Origin: an uncultured Nitrospirota bacterium
GTDB lineage: Bacteria; CG2-30-53-67
NCBI GenBank assembly: GCA_945786985.1
Contig: CALZGC010000131.1
Coordinates: 946-64,945 of the forward strand
DNA: 64,000 nt
Reading direction: 5' to 3'
The notes under the pieces are model-generated. The model saw nothing but the letters and a program-made list of their open reading frames with translations, made no database searches and was not told where the DNA came from. The translations under genes and the position numbers were made by a program. Shown piece after piece: positions 20,922 to 31,600 of the stretch; position 1 is the first letter of the stretch; every line of letters begins with the position of its first letter.

Positions 20922-21103
20922 CTAGCCCGGATATTGCATGAGTAAATCTATTACGAGGCCGGATCGTCTGCCACATGCGGCGTTACAGAGAATTTTCTGA
21001 CTTCGAGATATTTCAATATATCTTCAGCCAGTAAATTCTCTGCGCCTTGCCTGTGGCGCCCCTACGGCCTCTCATGACGATCACCTATGCAATATCCGGA
21101 CTA
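20922..21103 (-). mobile_element. MITE-like element copy 1 (inverted relative to other copies)
   Basis: terminal IRs CTAGCCCGGATATTGCATGAG / CTATGCAATATCCGGACTA; interior matches copies at 26.8, 37.7 and 52.5 kb. Confidence 0.85.
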
Positions 21104-21484
21104 ACCCGCGCGCTTCAGATGCCTCTCCAACTCCTCGGGGGTCGAAATCATGACATCATAGTATTCACCGAACCGCTCACAGTCGGGCGGTGCGTGCTCC
21201 CGGCATTTGTCGGACCGCCGCTCGTAGATGTCACAGAGATTCCTGCGGTTCAAATAGATGCACCGGCCGCGGGTCAGGACGTGCCACCGGTGGTTGCGAA
21301 TGAACACCTTCACTGTATCGAAATGGAGCTGCCATTTCAGCTCCTCGATGTCTTCCTTACTGCGCGGCCGTGTGATCATGACCGCCAAGTCTTTGCAGCA
21401 GATCGCCGAACACTCCAGACAAGTCTTCTCCGTCTCCTTCGCGGTTAACTTTCTGCTGGGCTTCCTCGTCTTGCGAGGACTCAT
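21101..21484 (-). CDS. YkgJ-family cysteine-cluster protein (CxxCxxxCC)
   Basis: CLECSAICC, RCIYL, LCDIYERRSDKCRE; AGGAGG RBS before ATG 21484. Confidence 0.85.
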   Translation of the reverse strand: MSPRKTRKPSRKLTAKETEKTCLECSAICCKDLAVMITRPRSKEDIEELKWQLHFDTVKVFIRNHRWHVLTRGRCIYLNRRNLCDIYERRSDKCREHAPPDCERFGEYYDVMISTPEELERHLKRAG

Positions 21485-21754
21485 GGCACCCCTCCTCCTG
21501 ACCAAGTAACTAACGTCTGAACAGTCGAGCACAACATATACAAAATCATGCGGTAATGCAAACCAAAAACCAAAGACCGCCACATTCGCCGCGCGCGAGC
21601 CTGACGTCGCACCGACCTGGAGAACATTTGCCCCCGTGCGGCGGCGGTGCTATAGTTCGACCATGCGGGGCGCGCCTGTAGATCATGTGTAGATGAGGCT
21701 GGAGCCAGACGCTGTCCCATGAAGGCAATCCGAAGCGGATACCGGGAGGGTACC

Positions 21755-21973
21755 ATGTTTTTAACACATCAGCCCAGCGGCCACCTGGTGGAAGTGCTCA
21801 ATCAGGAGGATCTCTGGAACCCCTTTCGCCCGGAAGTATCGGGCCGGCTGCATTGTGGGGAAGAACGGCAAGAGCCGGAGCGCTTTGCCAAATCGGAGCT
21901 GATTTTCCCGTCCGGTGAGGCGCTGCCGCGCTGCTGGCGGGATGTCGGATACCGGCAACAGGCTTTGTGCTGA
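21755..21973 (+). CDS. small conserved hypothetical protein
   Basis: GGGAGG RBS; G.LVEV...L.NP...GRLH.GEE.Q.PE.F.K..LIFPSGE.LPRCW pattern recalled from a small family often loosely annotated as acetyltransferase. Confidence 0.75.
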   Translation: MFLTHQPSGHLVEVLNQEDLWNPFRPEVSGRLHCGEERQEPERFAKSELIFPSGEALPRCWRDVGYRQQALC

Positions 21974-22126
21974 CCTCCCAGAGCCCCCTGGCCGTGACCC
22001 AAACCGTACGTCACCCCGCGCCTTCATGTGCGGGTCCCGCTGTCCCCAGCGGCCATGTTTACTTTTTCCACGCCCTATGCTACCTTTCCCGCAGATCCAC
22101 AGCCGCCAGGCCCGAGGAGAGCAAGG

Positions 22127-25100
22127 GTGAATCCCCGCAGCAAGATCAGCATCTTCCATGGAATCGGCAGGAGACTGCTGCTCTGGTTCAGCCTCTTTTT
22201 CCTGATCCCACTTCTGAGCGTCGGCACTGCAGGGTACCTGCAGAGCAAACGGGCCATCCGGCAGCATGTGTTCGACCATTTCGGGTCAATCCATACGCTG
22301 CAACTGGAGGCCCTGAAGACCTACATACGACAGCGGGAAGCCCAGCTGTTGTCCACCGTTACGGAAAACGAATTTGTATTCATCTCCACTGTGGTGTTGC
22401 AATCCTCGACGTTCTCAACGAATGACATCCAAACCGCCGCAGGCCGTCTCCGGGACTATCTGAAGGACAAGAATCAGGATCTCGGCTCGAGAAGCCTATG
22501 GATCACGGGGAGAAACGGGCTCGTCATTGCCGCTTCCGATCCCGGTTTGATCGGAAACGATCGTGCCCTATCTCCTGAGGCCATGGGGTACCAGGCCTCC
22601 CCGGCCCCGGTGTTGAGTCATTACACCGAAGTCCCCTACGGACCGGAGATCCTTGTTTCGACACCCATCGGAAGCCGGGGCGGTGAGTACCTGGGCCTGT
22701 TCACCATGTGCCTCTCGATGAAGGATATCTATCAGATCCTCCTGAACCGGACCGGCCTCGGCGCCTCCGGTGAAACCTATCTGGTCAACAAGGAGGGCTA
22801 CATGATTTCGCCCTCCCGCTTCCTGGCGAATGCCGTCCTCACGAAACAGATCCCTCTGGAGGAGATTTATGAGCTGGACCAGTCGCGGAGCGAGGAGCGC
22901 TACCCCATCAATTATCGCGGCGTCCCTGTCATTATGGCCCACACCCATCTACCGTTTTTCGAATGGACCCTGATCGCGGAGATGGAAAGCTCGGAAGCAT
23001 TCCGTGAGCTCACGGCTCAGCGTAATCGCACGCTGCTGATCATTGCGGTCCTTTTCTCAGTGCTGGTGGCCACGGCGGCCCTCATATCCCGGAACCTGAC
23101 GCAACCCATCCGGGTGCTCGTCCAGGCGGCCCGACGGGTCGGCGAAGGCGACCTCACCCCGAAGATTGAGACCCCCGCTCCCGACGAACTGGGTGAACTG
23201 GCGACGGAATTCAACCGGATGACCGATCGCCTGCGAATCTCCAAGGAGCGCATGGAGGCCTGGAACGCCACCATTCGGGCCGAGGTGGAGCGCCGGACTC
23301 AGGACCTGATCAATTCGGAGCTCAAGTTCAGAAACTTGATGGAGAAAGCCAACGATGCCATCCTGATCTTCGACGCGACCAACATGCTCTGCACGCTCGC
23401 CAACCTGGAGGCTGAGAGCCTGACCGGTTACAGCCAGGAAGAACTCCTGAATCTTCGTTTCCATGATCTCTTCCTGCCCGAAGACAGCGCCACCATTCAG
23501 GAGCATTGTCGAAAGGCCCGGATTGAAGGTTCGGCCAACCTCTACACCATGTCCCTGCGGCGCCGTGACGGACGGCACCTGTTCGTCGACGTGAGCAACA
23601 GCCTCATTGAATTTCAGAATCAGCGCTACATCAACTGCATTCTGCATGATGTGACCACCCAGAAGAACATCGCCCGGGAGCGGGAGGCCGTCTTCGAAAT
23701 TTCAGACATGGTGGCCAAGTCGTCCGACCTCGATGTCATCCTGCGCAAGTCCCTGGAGAACATTCTCTACAACCTGGAGCTGGAGGTGGGGAACGTCTTT
23801 GTCTACGAGCCCCGAACCCGGGAGCTGGTGCTGAACTGCCAGAAAGGCTTCTCCGAAACTTTCGAGAAAGACTTCTTGCGCCATGTCGTCACCGATGACG
23901 CCAACCGGATTTGCGCGCAAACCGTGAACACCCGAGAAACATCGATCCTCGACAACCCCTTTGTGGGCCCCTTGGAGAGATACCTCGAACCCGGTGTGCG
24001 CCGGGACAACCTGGAAGCCATCGTCAGCCTCCCCCTGATTGCGGAGGGAATTCTGGTAGGTGTACTACAGATCGTGACCCGACGGGAACGAGAGTTCTCG
24101 CCCAACGACCGCATTCTTCTCGAAGCCCTGGCAAATCAACTGGCCGCGGGGATCTTCCGAATCAAGCTGGAGCTGGAGAAACATGAAGGCGACCAGTTCC
24201 TGGCCGGCATTCTCACCGACTCGGTGGACGGCATCATCAGCATGGACGCAGAGAGCCGGATCACTTCCTGGAACAGGGGCGCCGCGAAAATATTTGACAT
24301 GGAAGAGGAAGAAGTGCTGGGCAAGCCTCTCCATTCCCTGTTCCGGGAGCCTCATCTGATCGACCAGGAGCGGATCCAGAAGGAACTGCGGCACAAGGGT
24401 TTTGTCAAGGATTACGAGATCAGAAACATCACCCGGGACGGCCGAGAGCTGATTCTGCAATTCTCCCAAACAGCGTTGCGAGACCAGACCGGCCGCTTCA
24501 TTGGAACCTCTGCGGTCATCCGGGATATTACCGAACAGCACCGGATGCGGACGCGCATTCAGCAGTCTGAGAAGCTCTCCAGCATCGGTCAGCTGGCCGC
24601 GGGCGTTGCTCACGAAATCGGCACCCCATTGAACATCATCTCAGGCAATGCCGAATACCTCATGATGGATATGAACGCACAGGATCCTCGGATGGAGGAG
24701 CTTTCGATCATCATCAACCAGACGGACCGGATCACCCGGCTCATACAACAGCTCATGGATTTTGCCCGAGAGACCCCGCCCCGTTGGGAGGAGACCGACA
24801 TCAATGAACTCATCGAAAACACCCTGATACTGGTGCGCCACCAGTTGAAGAAGCGTTCCATTGCACTGGCCTCGTCCCTTCACGGCTCCATGCCCAAGAT
24901 CGTGGCGGACCCCTACCAGCTCCAGCAGGTGCTGTTGAACATCATCATGAACGCCATCCAGGCCATGTCGGAGAAAGGGGCGCTCACCATCGAGACCGCT
25001 TTCGACACCGCCCGGGACGAGGTCCGGGTCACGGTCCGGGACACGGGCTCGGGGATCACCCCGGAGCACATGAAGAGCATCTTCAACCCCTTTTTCACCA

Positions 25101-25279
25101 CCAAAGAGGTCGGGCAGGGAACGGGGCTGGGGCTCTCGGTCAGTCATCGCATTATTGAAAACCACAACGGCCGCATCGAAGTAGAAAGCCATGTGGACAA
25201 AGGATCCGTCTTCACCCTCACGCTGCCCAGATGTGCCAGGGAAGTCTCACGGGAACCCCGGTTTATCCGCCGCGGTTGA
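22127..25279 (+). CDS. multi-sensor histidine kinase (Cache-HAMP-PAS-GAF-PAS-HisKA-HATPase)
   Basis: two TMs around a Cache-like domain (GETYLVN..GYMIS.SRF), HAMP DELGELATEFNRM, H-box GVAHEIGTPL, FFTTKEVGQGTGLGL; GTG start after GAGGAG. Confidence 0.95.
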   Translation: MNPRSKISIFHGIGRRLLLWFSLFFLIPLLSVGTAGYLQSKRAIRQHVFDHFGSIHTLQLEALKTYIRQREAQLLSTVTENEFVFISTVVLQSSTFSTNDIQTAAGRLRDYLKDKNQDLGSRSLWITGRNGLVIAASDPGLIGNDRALSPEAMGYQASPAPVLSHYTEVPYGPEILVSTPIGSRGGEYLGLFTMCLSMKDIYQILLNRTGLGASGETYLVNKEGYMISPSRFLANAVLTKQIPLEEIYELDQSRSEERYPINYRGVPVIMAHTHLPFFEWTLIAEMESSEAFRELTAQRNRTLLIIAVLFSVLVATAALISRNLTQPIRVLVQAARRVGEGDLTPKIETPAPDELGELATEFNRMTDRLRISKERMEAWNATIRAEVERRTQDLINSELKFRNLMEKANDAILIFDATNMLCTLANLEAESLTGYSQEELLNLRFHDLFLPEDSATIQEHCRKARIEGSANLYTMSLRRRDGRHLFVDVSNSLIEFQNQRYINCILHDVTTQKNIAREREAVFEISDMVAKSSDLDVILRKSLENILYNLELEVGNVFVYEPRTRELVLNCQKGFSETFEKDFLRHVVTDDANRICAQTVNTRETSILDNPFVGPLERYLEPGVRRDNLEAIVSLPLIAEGILVGVLQIVTRREREFSPNDRILLEALANQLAAGIFRIKLELEKHEGDQFLAGILTDSVDGIISMDAESRITSWNRGAAKIFDMEEEEVLGKPLHSLFREPHLIDQERIQKELRHKGFVKDYEIRNITRDGRELILQFSQTALRDQTGRFIGTSAVIRDITEQHRMRTRIQQSEKLSSIGQLAAGVAHEIGTPLNIISGNAEYLMMDMNAQDPRMEELSIIINQTDRITRLIQQLMDFARETPPRWEETDINELIENTLILVRHQLKKRSIALASSLHGSMPKIVADPYQLQQVLLNIIMNAIQAMSEKGALTIETAFDTARDEVRVTVRDTGSGITPEHMKSIFNPFFTTKEVGQGTGLGLSVSHRIIENHNGRIEVESHVDKGSVFTLTLPRCAREVSREPRFIRRG

Positions 25280-25425
25280 TCTCAGGGGTGTCGGCCCGGG
25301 ATCCGGACAAGCTACGAAGGCATCCATGGCGAAACATCCCGCATGATCCGGGTGCGGTGAGAGGCTTTCGTTGACAGAGAGGCGCCCCGAGCCCCTCGGA
25401 GGCAGCCGTAAAAAGGGAGAGATTC

Positions 25426-26778
25426 ATGGGCAAATCACTTTCTGTCCTGGTTGTGGAAGACGACGACAGCATGCGAGACCTGCTGCGCAAGATTCTCACC
25501 GATGAGGGATATCGGGTGAACACTGCAGGGGACGGGACGACCGCCCTCACCATGGTCAAACAGGCCCCGGTGGACGTCGTGCTGAGCGACGTCAAGATGC
25601 CGGGGCTGGATGGATTGGAGCTTCTGAAGGCCGTGAAGAAAGTGACGCCCGGCACCTACGTGGCCATCATGACCGCCTTCGGCACCATCGATTCGGCCGT
25701 AGAAGCCATGAAGTATGGCGCCTACGACTATATTTCGAAACCGTTCAAAATCGACGAAATCCGAATTCTCATGAAGAAGATCGTCGAGCAGAAGGCCCTC
25801 CGCGAAGAGGTCGCGCATCTGCGCAAGGAAGTCAACCGGCGCTATGAGTACAGCAACATCATCGGCAAATCGAGACGAATGCAGGAGGTCTTCGACCTGC
25901 TGGCCAAGGTTGCGGAGGGGAAAAGCACCATCCTGGTTTACGGCAGGAGCGGTACCGGCAAGGAACTGGTGGCCAAGGCCATTCATTACAACAGCCCCCG
26001 AAAGAACCGGCCCTTCGTCGCCGTGAACTGCAGCGCCATTCCCGAAACCCTTCTGGAGAGCGAACTGTTCGGGCACATGAAGGGCGCCTTCACAGGCGCC
26101 ATCTCAACCCGGCACGGCCTCTTTGAAGAGGCCCACGGCGGCACCCTTTTCCTTGACGAAATCGGGGAGATTTCACCGGCCATCCAAGTCAAGCTGCTGC
26201 GGGTGCTTCAGGAGCGGAGCATCAAACCGGTGGGCGGCACAGGATCGAAGAAGATCGACATCCGACTCATCGGAGCAACCAACCAGAACCTGCAGGAAGC
26301 CGTCCGGGAAGGGCGATTCCGGGAGGACCTCTACTACCGGCTGAACGTTATTCCCATTCAACTGCCGTCCCTGAAGGAGCGGACGGACGACATCCCGCTT
26401 CTGGCCCGCCATTTTGTCGCACGATACAGCAAAGAAAACAACCGGGCAGGTATCAGCCTCTCCAGGCAAACGCTTCAGATCTTGATGAATTATCACTGGC
26501 CCGGCAACGTGCGGGAACTGGAAAACGTGATGGAGCGCTCGGTGATCCTCTGCCAGGGCAGCGAAATTACGCCGGAGGATCTACCGCCGCAGCTGATCGA
26601 GGAGAGCTTAGAGACAGCGTCGGACAAGGATCTGGCCCATCTCTCTCTCAAGGAGGTCGAGAAGGCACACATCAAACGTGTTCTGGAAAGTGTGGGCGGG
26701 CACAAAATGAAGGCCGCGGAAATACTTCAGATCGATCGCAGGACGATCTACCGGAAACTTAAAAGCTACAGTTTGTGA
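25426..26778 (+). CDS. sigma-54-dependent response regulator (NtrC/AtoC family)
   Basis: receiver (EDD, SDVKMPG), Walker A GRSGTGKE, ESELFGH.KGAFTGA, FREDLYYRL, WPGNVREL, Fis HTH. Confidence 0.97.
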   Translation: MGKSLSVLVVEDDDSMRDLLRKILTDEGYRVNTAGDGTTALTMVKQAPVDVVLSDVKMPGLDGLELLKAVKKVTPGTYVAIMTAFGTIDSAVEAMKYGAYDYISKPFKIDEIRILMKKIVEQKALREEVAHLRKEVNRRYEYSNIIGKSRRMQEVFDLLAKVAEGKSTILVYGRSGTGKELVAKAIHYNSPRKNRPFVAVNCSAIPETLLESELFGHMKGAFTGAISTRHGLFEEAHGGTLFLDEIGEISPAIQVKLLRVLQERSIKPVGGTGSKKIDIRLIGATNQNLQEAVREGRFREDLYYRLNVIPIQLPSLKERTDDIPLLARHFVARYSKENNRAGISLSRQTLQILMNYHWPGNVRELENVMERSVILCQGSEITPEDLPPQLIEESLETASDKDLAHLSLKEVEKAHIKRVLESVGGHKMKAAEILQIDRRTIYRKLKSYSL

Positions 26779-26791
26779 GAGAGGGGAGCTA

Positions 26792-26902
26792 CTAGCCCGG
26801 ATATTACATGAGTGATCGTCATGAAAGGGCTTAGAGGCGGCACAGGCAAGGCGCAGAAGATTTACTGCCCGTCATAGATTAACTCATGCAATATCCGGGC
26901 TA
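26792..26902 (+). mobile_element. MITE-like element copy 2 (internally deleted, about 111 bp)
   Basis: CTAGCCCGGATATTACATGAG ... CTCATGCAATATCCGGGCTA; keeps CAAGGCGCAGAAGATTT but lacks the 3' arm of the inner stem. Confidence 0.85.
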
Positions 26903-27229
26903 CACATCATCCAGTTCGGCAAAGCTGCGCCCCGACATCTGGTTTCGGAGTGCCTCATCGAGGTGTTCCGGCCCATCGGCCCCATGTTCAAGCGTCTCCA
27001 CCTCTTCGTGCTCCACGTTTTCCAGGAACGCGGCATCGGGCTCTTCGTTGCCGACCGACTCATCGGACACCTCATCGGGGCGCTGCCGGGCGCGCGCTTG
27101 CCGGAGCCGTTCAACCCACTGCTCGGGCGGCTCCCAGAAAGCATCCACCGGCAGCCGCTGCCCATAGGTCCTGACGGCTATTTCCAGGCGGGTCCAGAGA
27201 TAATCCGATGATGGTTGCGAGAGATCCAT
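26900..27229 (-). CDS. small acidic hypothetical protein
   Basis: starts 3 bp after the upstream TPR gene stop with GGAG RBS; D/E-rich C-terminal half. Confidence 0.65.
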   Translation of the reverse strand: MDLSQPSSDYLWTRLEIAVRTYGQRLPVDAFWEPPEQWVERLRQARARQRPDEVSDESVGNEEPDAAFLENVEHEEVETLEHGADGPEHLDEALRNQMSGRSFAELDDV

Positions 27230-27232
27230 AAG

Positions 27233-28564
27233 CTACCACACTCCCTGCTGCTGATGGTTGAGGAGTTCCAGCCCCTTCTTGGCATTCTGGTTCACGGGAT
27301 TTATCTGGAGGGCTTTGCTCCAGGCCTCGGCCGCATCCTCGTAGCGCTCCAGCTGATACAGGCTGTTGCCGTAGTTGGTGTAAGCCATCGATCGTTCCCG
27401 GCATCCGTCATCGAGGGCTTTGGAAAAGAGCTCCCGGGCCTTCTCGTAATCCATGACGGCATAATATTGTACGCCAAGATTGTGGTTGGCCTCAACTAGA
27501 TCGGGCTTCAGCTTGAGGGCCTGCTGAAACGCCTGGACGGCATGCTCCGAGCGATGCAGCTCGGTGTAGGCCAGCCCCAGATTGTTGTAGGCGTCGGCAT
27601 ATTCCGGGTCGCACTCTACGGCCTTCTCGAAGGCCCGCATGGCGGCTTCGTGGGCCCCGCGGTGAAAGTAGACCACGCCCCGGTTGTTCTGCTCCCGGGC
27701 GGCTTCCTGCCGCTGGTTGCGTGCCGCTTCGTCGACCTGCTCTTTATGGCCATCGTAGTATTCTTCGATTTTTCGCTGCCCCGAAACCAGATCGGTCAGA
27801 ACCTGTCGGGTCTCACCCATGAGTGTCTCCATTCGCTGCACGCCCTCCGCCTGCTCCGCGCTCTTTTGCGCCGCCAGCTCGCGACTATGCTGCAGCTCCT
27901 GTTGGAAATGCTCCTGCATCCCGTTGAGCTGTTCTTCAACGGCCGACCCCACAGCCGCCATTATCTGCAGGCCTTCCGACGCCCGACCGGCAAACCCCTC
28001 CTCCAACGTGGTCAGCCGCTCCAGAATCCCCTGCAGCAGAGCCTCCAGCCGCCCGCATACCGATTCGACAAGACCGATTTTCTGTTGGGATTCCTGAAGC
28101 TGGTTCGCGACGTCGCCGTGCACGCGCTGAAGCCGGTCTGTCAGGCCCTGGGTCGACTCGCCCATCAGATCGGTCCATGAATGGAATTCACCCTGAACGG
28201 TGCTGAAGCGGTCCGCAAGGTGCTGTCGAATCTCCTGAGAGAGCTGCTCAGGCAGCCGGCCGACCTGCTCTTTAAGGGTGGCCTGTCGCCGCTCGAAATC
28301 CTCCCGCTGCGCCTCCATCTTCTTGGAAACGTCTCCACGAAAGCCGTCCAGCTCCGAGCTGATCACCTGGAAGGAAGAGACAAAATCGACCTGATCCAGT
28401 ATATTGCGCATTTCATGGGTTGTCTCGGTGTTCTGGAAGAGGGAGCATTTCTTCTTTTTTCCAAAGAAGAGACTGCAGGCCTCCTCGAGGCAAGGCTGGC
28501 GCTCCCACTCCTCCAGTCCGTTTTCGGTCTTCTTGGTCTGCTTCAGCAGCAAAGGACAAATCAT
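27233..28564 (-). CDS. Cys-motif / coiled-coil / TPR protein
   Basis: N-terminal CP..C-x4-C..C, long Q/E-rich heptad region, C-terminal TPRs (AYNNLGLAY, ANHNLG, AYTNYGNSLY); AAGGAG RBS. Confidence 0.88.
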   Translation of the reverse strand: MICPLLLKQTKKTENGLEEWERQPCLEEACSLFFGKKKKCSLFQNTETTHEMRNILDQVDFVSSFQVISSELDGFRGDVSKKMEAQREDFERRQATLKEQVGRLPEQLSQEIRQHLADRFSTVQGEFHSWTDLMGESTQGLTDRLQRVHGDVANQLQESQQKIGLVESVCGRLEALLQGILERLTTLEEGFAGRASEGLQIMAAVGSAVEEQLNGMQEHFQQELQHSRELAAQKSAEQAEGVQRMETLMGETRQVLTDLVSGQRKIEEYYDGHKEQVDEAARNQRQEAAREQNNRGVVYFHRGAHEAAMRAFEKAVECDPEYADAYNNLGLAYTELHRSEHAVQAFQQALKLKPDLVEANHNLGVQYYAVMDYEKARELFSKALDDGCRERSMAYTNYGNSLYQLERYEDAAEAWSKALQINPVNQNAKKGLELLNHQQQGVW

Positions 28565-28606
28565 GGCCTCTCCTTAATTTTTCCAGATGCCGGACGGTAC
28601 CGGCGG

Positions 28607-31600
28607 TTACCCCGCAGACGGGAGATCATAGATTTTCAGGCGGGTCTGTCCCACCAGGGGCCGCCGCTGCCCCAAAAGCGACTCCTCCATGAGCACGCTG
28701 CAGGCAGCGTTCAAGCGATTCTGCAGCTGCGGATCGGGGTTCTCGTCGAGCATGTCCTCCAGAAGAACGCTGGCCGGCAGAGCATAACCCGCCTGCTCCA
28801 GAAGATAGAGCTGGTGGTAGCGGTCTTCCGGAGTTTGCAGTTGAACCGCCAATGCGTAGTTGCCGACCTGTTCATGATAGTGTCCCCAGATTTCCCGGGT
28901 GCTGTGAGCATCCCGGAAACGGATCTGCCGACGCACCCACTCCTCGGCTTCCTTGTCACGCCCGAGAAGAATCAGTTGGCTGATGAAGCGCTTCAACTGC
29001 GCCTCGGGGAGCGGACCGTCTCCGGCCGCCGCCTCCTGGAAAGCCTTCACGTCACGATGAATCCTCTTGAGAGTGAGTTCGGTTACCTTCTGATAATAGA
29101 AGCTCTGGTCCGAGGAGAGCTCCCTGGCTGCCTCGAGGTCCCGCTGCACCGCATCGGTCTGTCCGAGCCGTTCGTGTACTTCAGCTAGACGAAGGAGCAG
29201 CTCGATCTTTTCCGCCGGCTCCTGGGTGCCCTCCAGGGCTTCCTGATACAACTGGATCGACGGTTCGTGCTCCTTCCGGTCGGCGTAAAGGTCGCCCATG
29301 AAGAGCAGGAATTCCGTACCCTTCAGACCGTGCCCCCGCAACGCCTCCAGAAGCTCCAGACCGCCGGTCGTGCCTTCGGGGTTTGCCTCCACTGCAGCGC
29401 GGACATCCTCAAAGGCAGCCGGAAGATCCAGCTTATGGAGGCGGCAGGATCCCCGCTGCAGCCGTGCGCGACCGTGTTCGGGTTGTTTCTCAAGAACGTC
29501 ATTGTACAAGGCCTCCCCAGCCTCTACCATGGACGGCTCTAACGCAATGGTCCGTTCCATGGCCGCCACGGCCTCGTCGAGGCGACCGGCTTCGAGATAG
29601 TTCCAGGCTACAACCTTGACGACCTCCGCACTGCCCGGGGCGGCCTTCTCCAGGGCCTCCAGTTGGGGCAGGAGCGTGTCACCCATTTCGGGGTGCGAAT
29701 TCCCCGCCGACGAGAGAAATTGGGCCGCTGCCGCGGGACGCTGCAGCCGGAGCATGATAGTGGTAACGGTCGAATACGCCTTAAGTTCGCCGGGATCGAC
29801 GGCAATGATGTCATGACAGAACTTGATGGCCTGCTCCGAAAGGGTCAGGTCCGTCTCCACGGCCTGGAGGAAATGATGGGCCGCCTTGGCGCAAAGCCCC
29901 ACCTTCAGGTAGACCTTCCCCATCTCCAGATGGGTGCGGGCCATCCCCGGGTTCTTCGCCGCTATCTTATCAAGGAGCCGGAGGATGGAGGCAGACTGGT
30001 TCGAATCGCGCTGGATCCCTTTCCAGAGAAGATCCAGCGCGGTCTCGTAGGTGCCCGCCAGGACATGCAGTTCGGCCATTCCGAGAATGGGATCGACCGC
30101 CACGGGATGATTCACCGAGATTTGCTTCAGGTATTTCATGACGGTGCTGCTGCTCTGGGGCACATCGCGGACGAGCCGCAGAAGGCATTCCACCCCTTCC
30201 GCCACCCGTCCACAACCGGAGAGAACCACGCCGAGCGCTAGGGACGCTTTGGGAAGGGTGGGGTTCATGTCGAGGACCATCTGCAAGCGCTCGGCCGTGT
30301 CCGCGGCCATCGCCCCGTCCTCCTTGAACGCCTGGAAATAGAGCTTGACGGCATCGGTAAAGCGCCCCATCTCCTTGCAGGCATCCCCCATGCACTGATG
30401 GATCGCACCCAGCTGAGACCCCTCCAGGGTCTGTTCCAGCTTGGCGCCCTCCTCCAGAACCATGTCGTATGTTCCGCTCAGATGATACGCTTTCATCATC
30501 CCCTGATGCAGCGATGTCTCATCGGGGCGCTGCCGTATCATCTCCCGGTAAAATGGAATCGCCCTGCCAATCGCTTGCGGGTGATTGCGAAGATAGGCAT
30601 TGAGCGTCTCTCCCACCGCGTCGTACCGCTCTGTTCGAAAGCAAAGTTCCGCTCGCGCAAGCACGACGGTATGTTCATCGGGGTGGGCCTTCGCCCACTC
30701 GTCAATCAGCGCCGCCACGGCGGCATTTCGCTCCGGATCATCTCCGACACAGCGCATGAGATGGGACACGGCCTCCTGCTGGTCCGACGAAGCCATGGCC
30801 GCCTCGGCCCACACGAGATCCATGGCAGGCTCATGGACGCCCTTCCTCTCAAGTTCCTGGAAGAATGCCACGACCTCTGCCCCGAATCGCGGGCTCTTTC
30901 GGACCAGCATAGAGAGGTGCCGCAGCACTTCTCGGACGAGGAGCGCCTCGCCGGCCAACGTCAGTCGCAGCGACTGCAGCGCCTCCTGATCCCGACCGAG
31001 GGACATCAGCGCCTCCGCTTCTCCCAGGCGTATCGACGGGTGGTCGGGGTGTTTCTCTGCCAATCTCTTCAGCAGCAGGAGTGCCCGCTCCGGGCTGTCG
31101 GGTGTCAGGCGTATAAAACGCCTGAGCAGCACCACCGGTCGCTCCACGTCCGGATCATCGAGACAGAGCTCAGCCAGAAAGAGGGGCAGCTCGGGCTCAT
31201 CGAAGTGATCCGACAGCATGGGGAAGGTTCTGTCAAAGAAAATATGCCTTTGCACCGGGTCGGTCTGAACGATCTTTCTCATCTGAGCGATGGACCCTAC
31301 CATATCCCCTTCGTCGAGACAGAGCTCCCCGAAGGTGCGCGCGGCACCGATGTTCTCCGGGTCCAGTTCGACGAGACGCTTGAATCGCTCGCGAAGCTGC
31401 TCCCCGTCGACCCGACCGTGGAGAAGCCCGTAAATTGTTGAAGCCTCCTCAAAGTTTCCGGCGTCCCGAAGCCGGTCTCCCAGCAGCAACAGAACGGGCT
31501 CCACACCTTCCAGCGAGGGGTTGACGCGCTTGAGTAGCGCCATCGTGCGAGGTTCCAGCGCCGGATCGTGTATCTCCTGAAAGCAGGCGACCCCTTTTGC

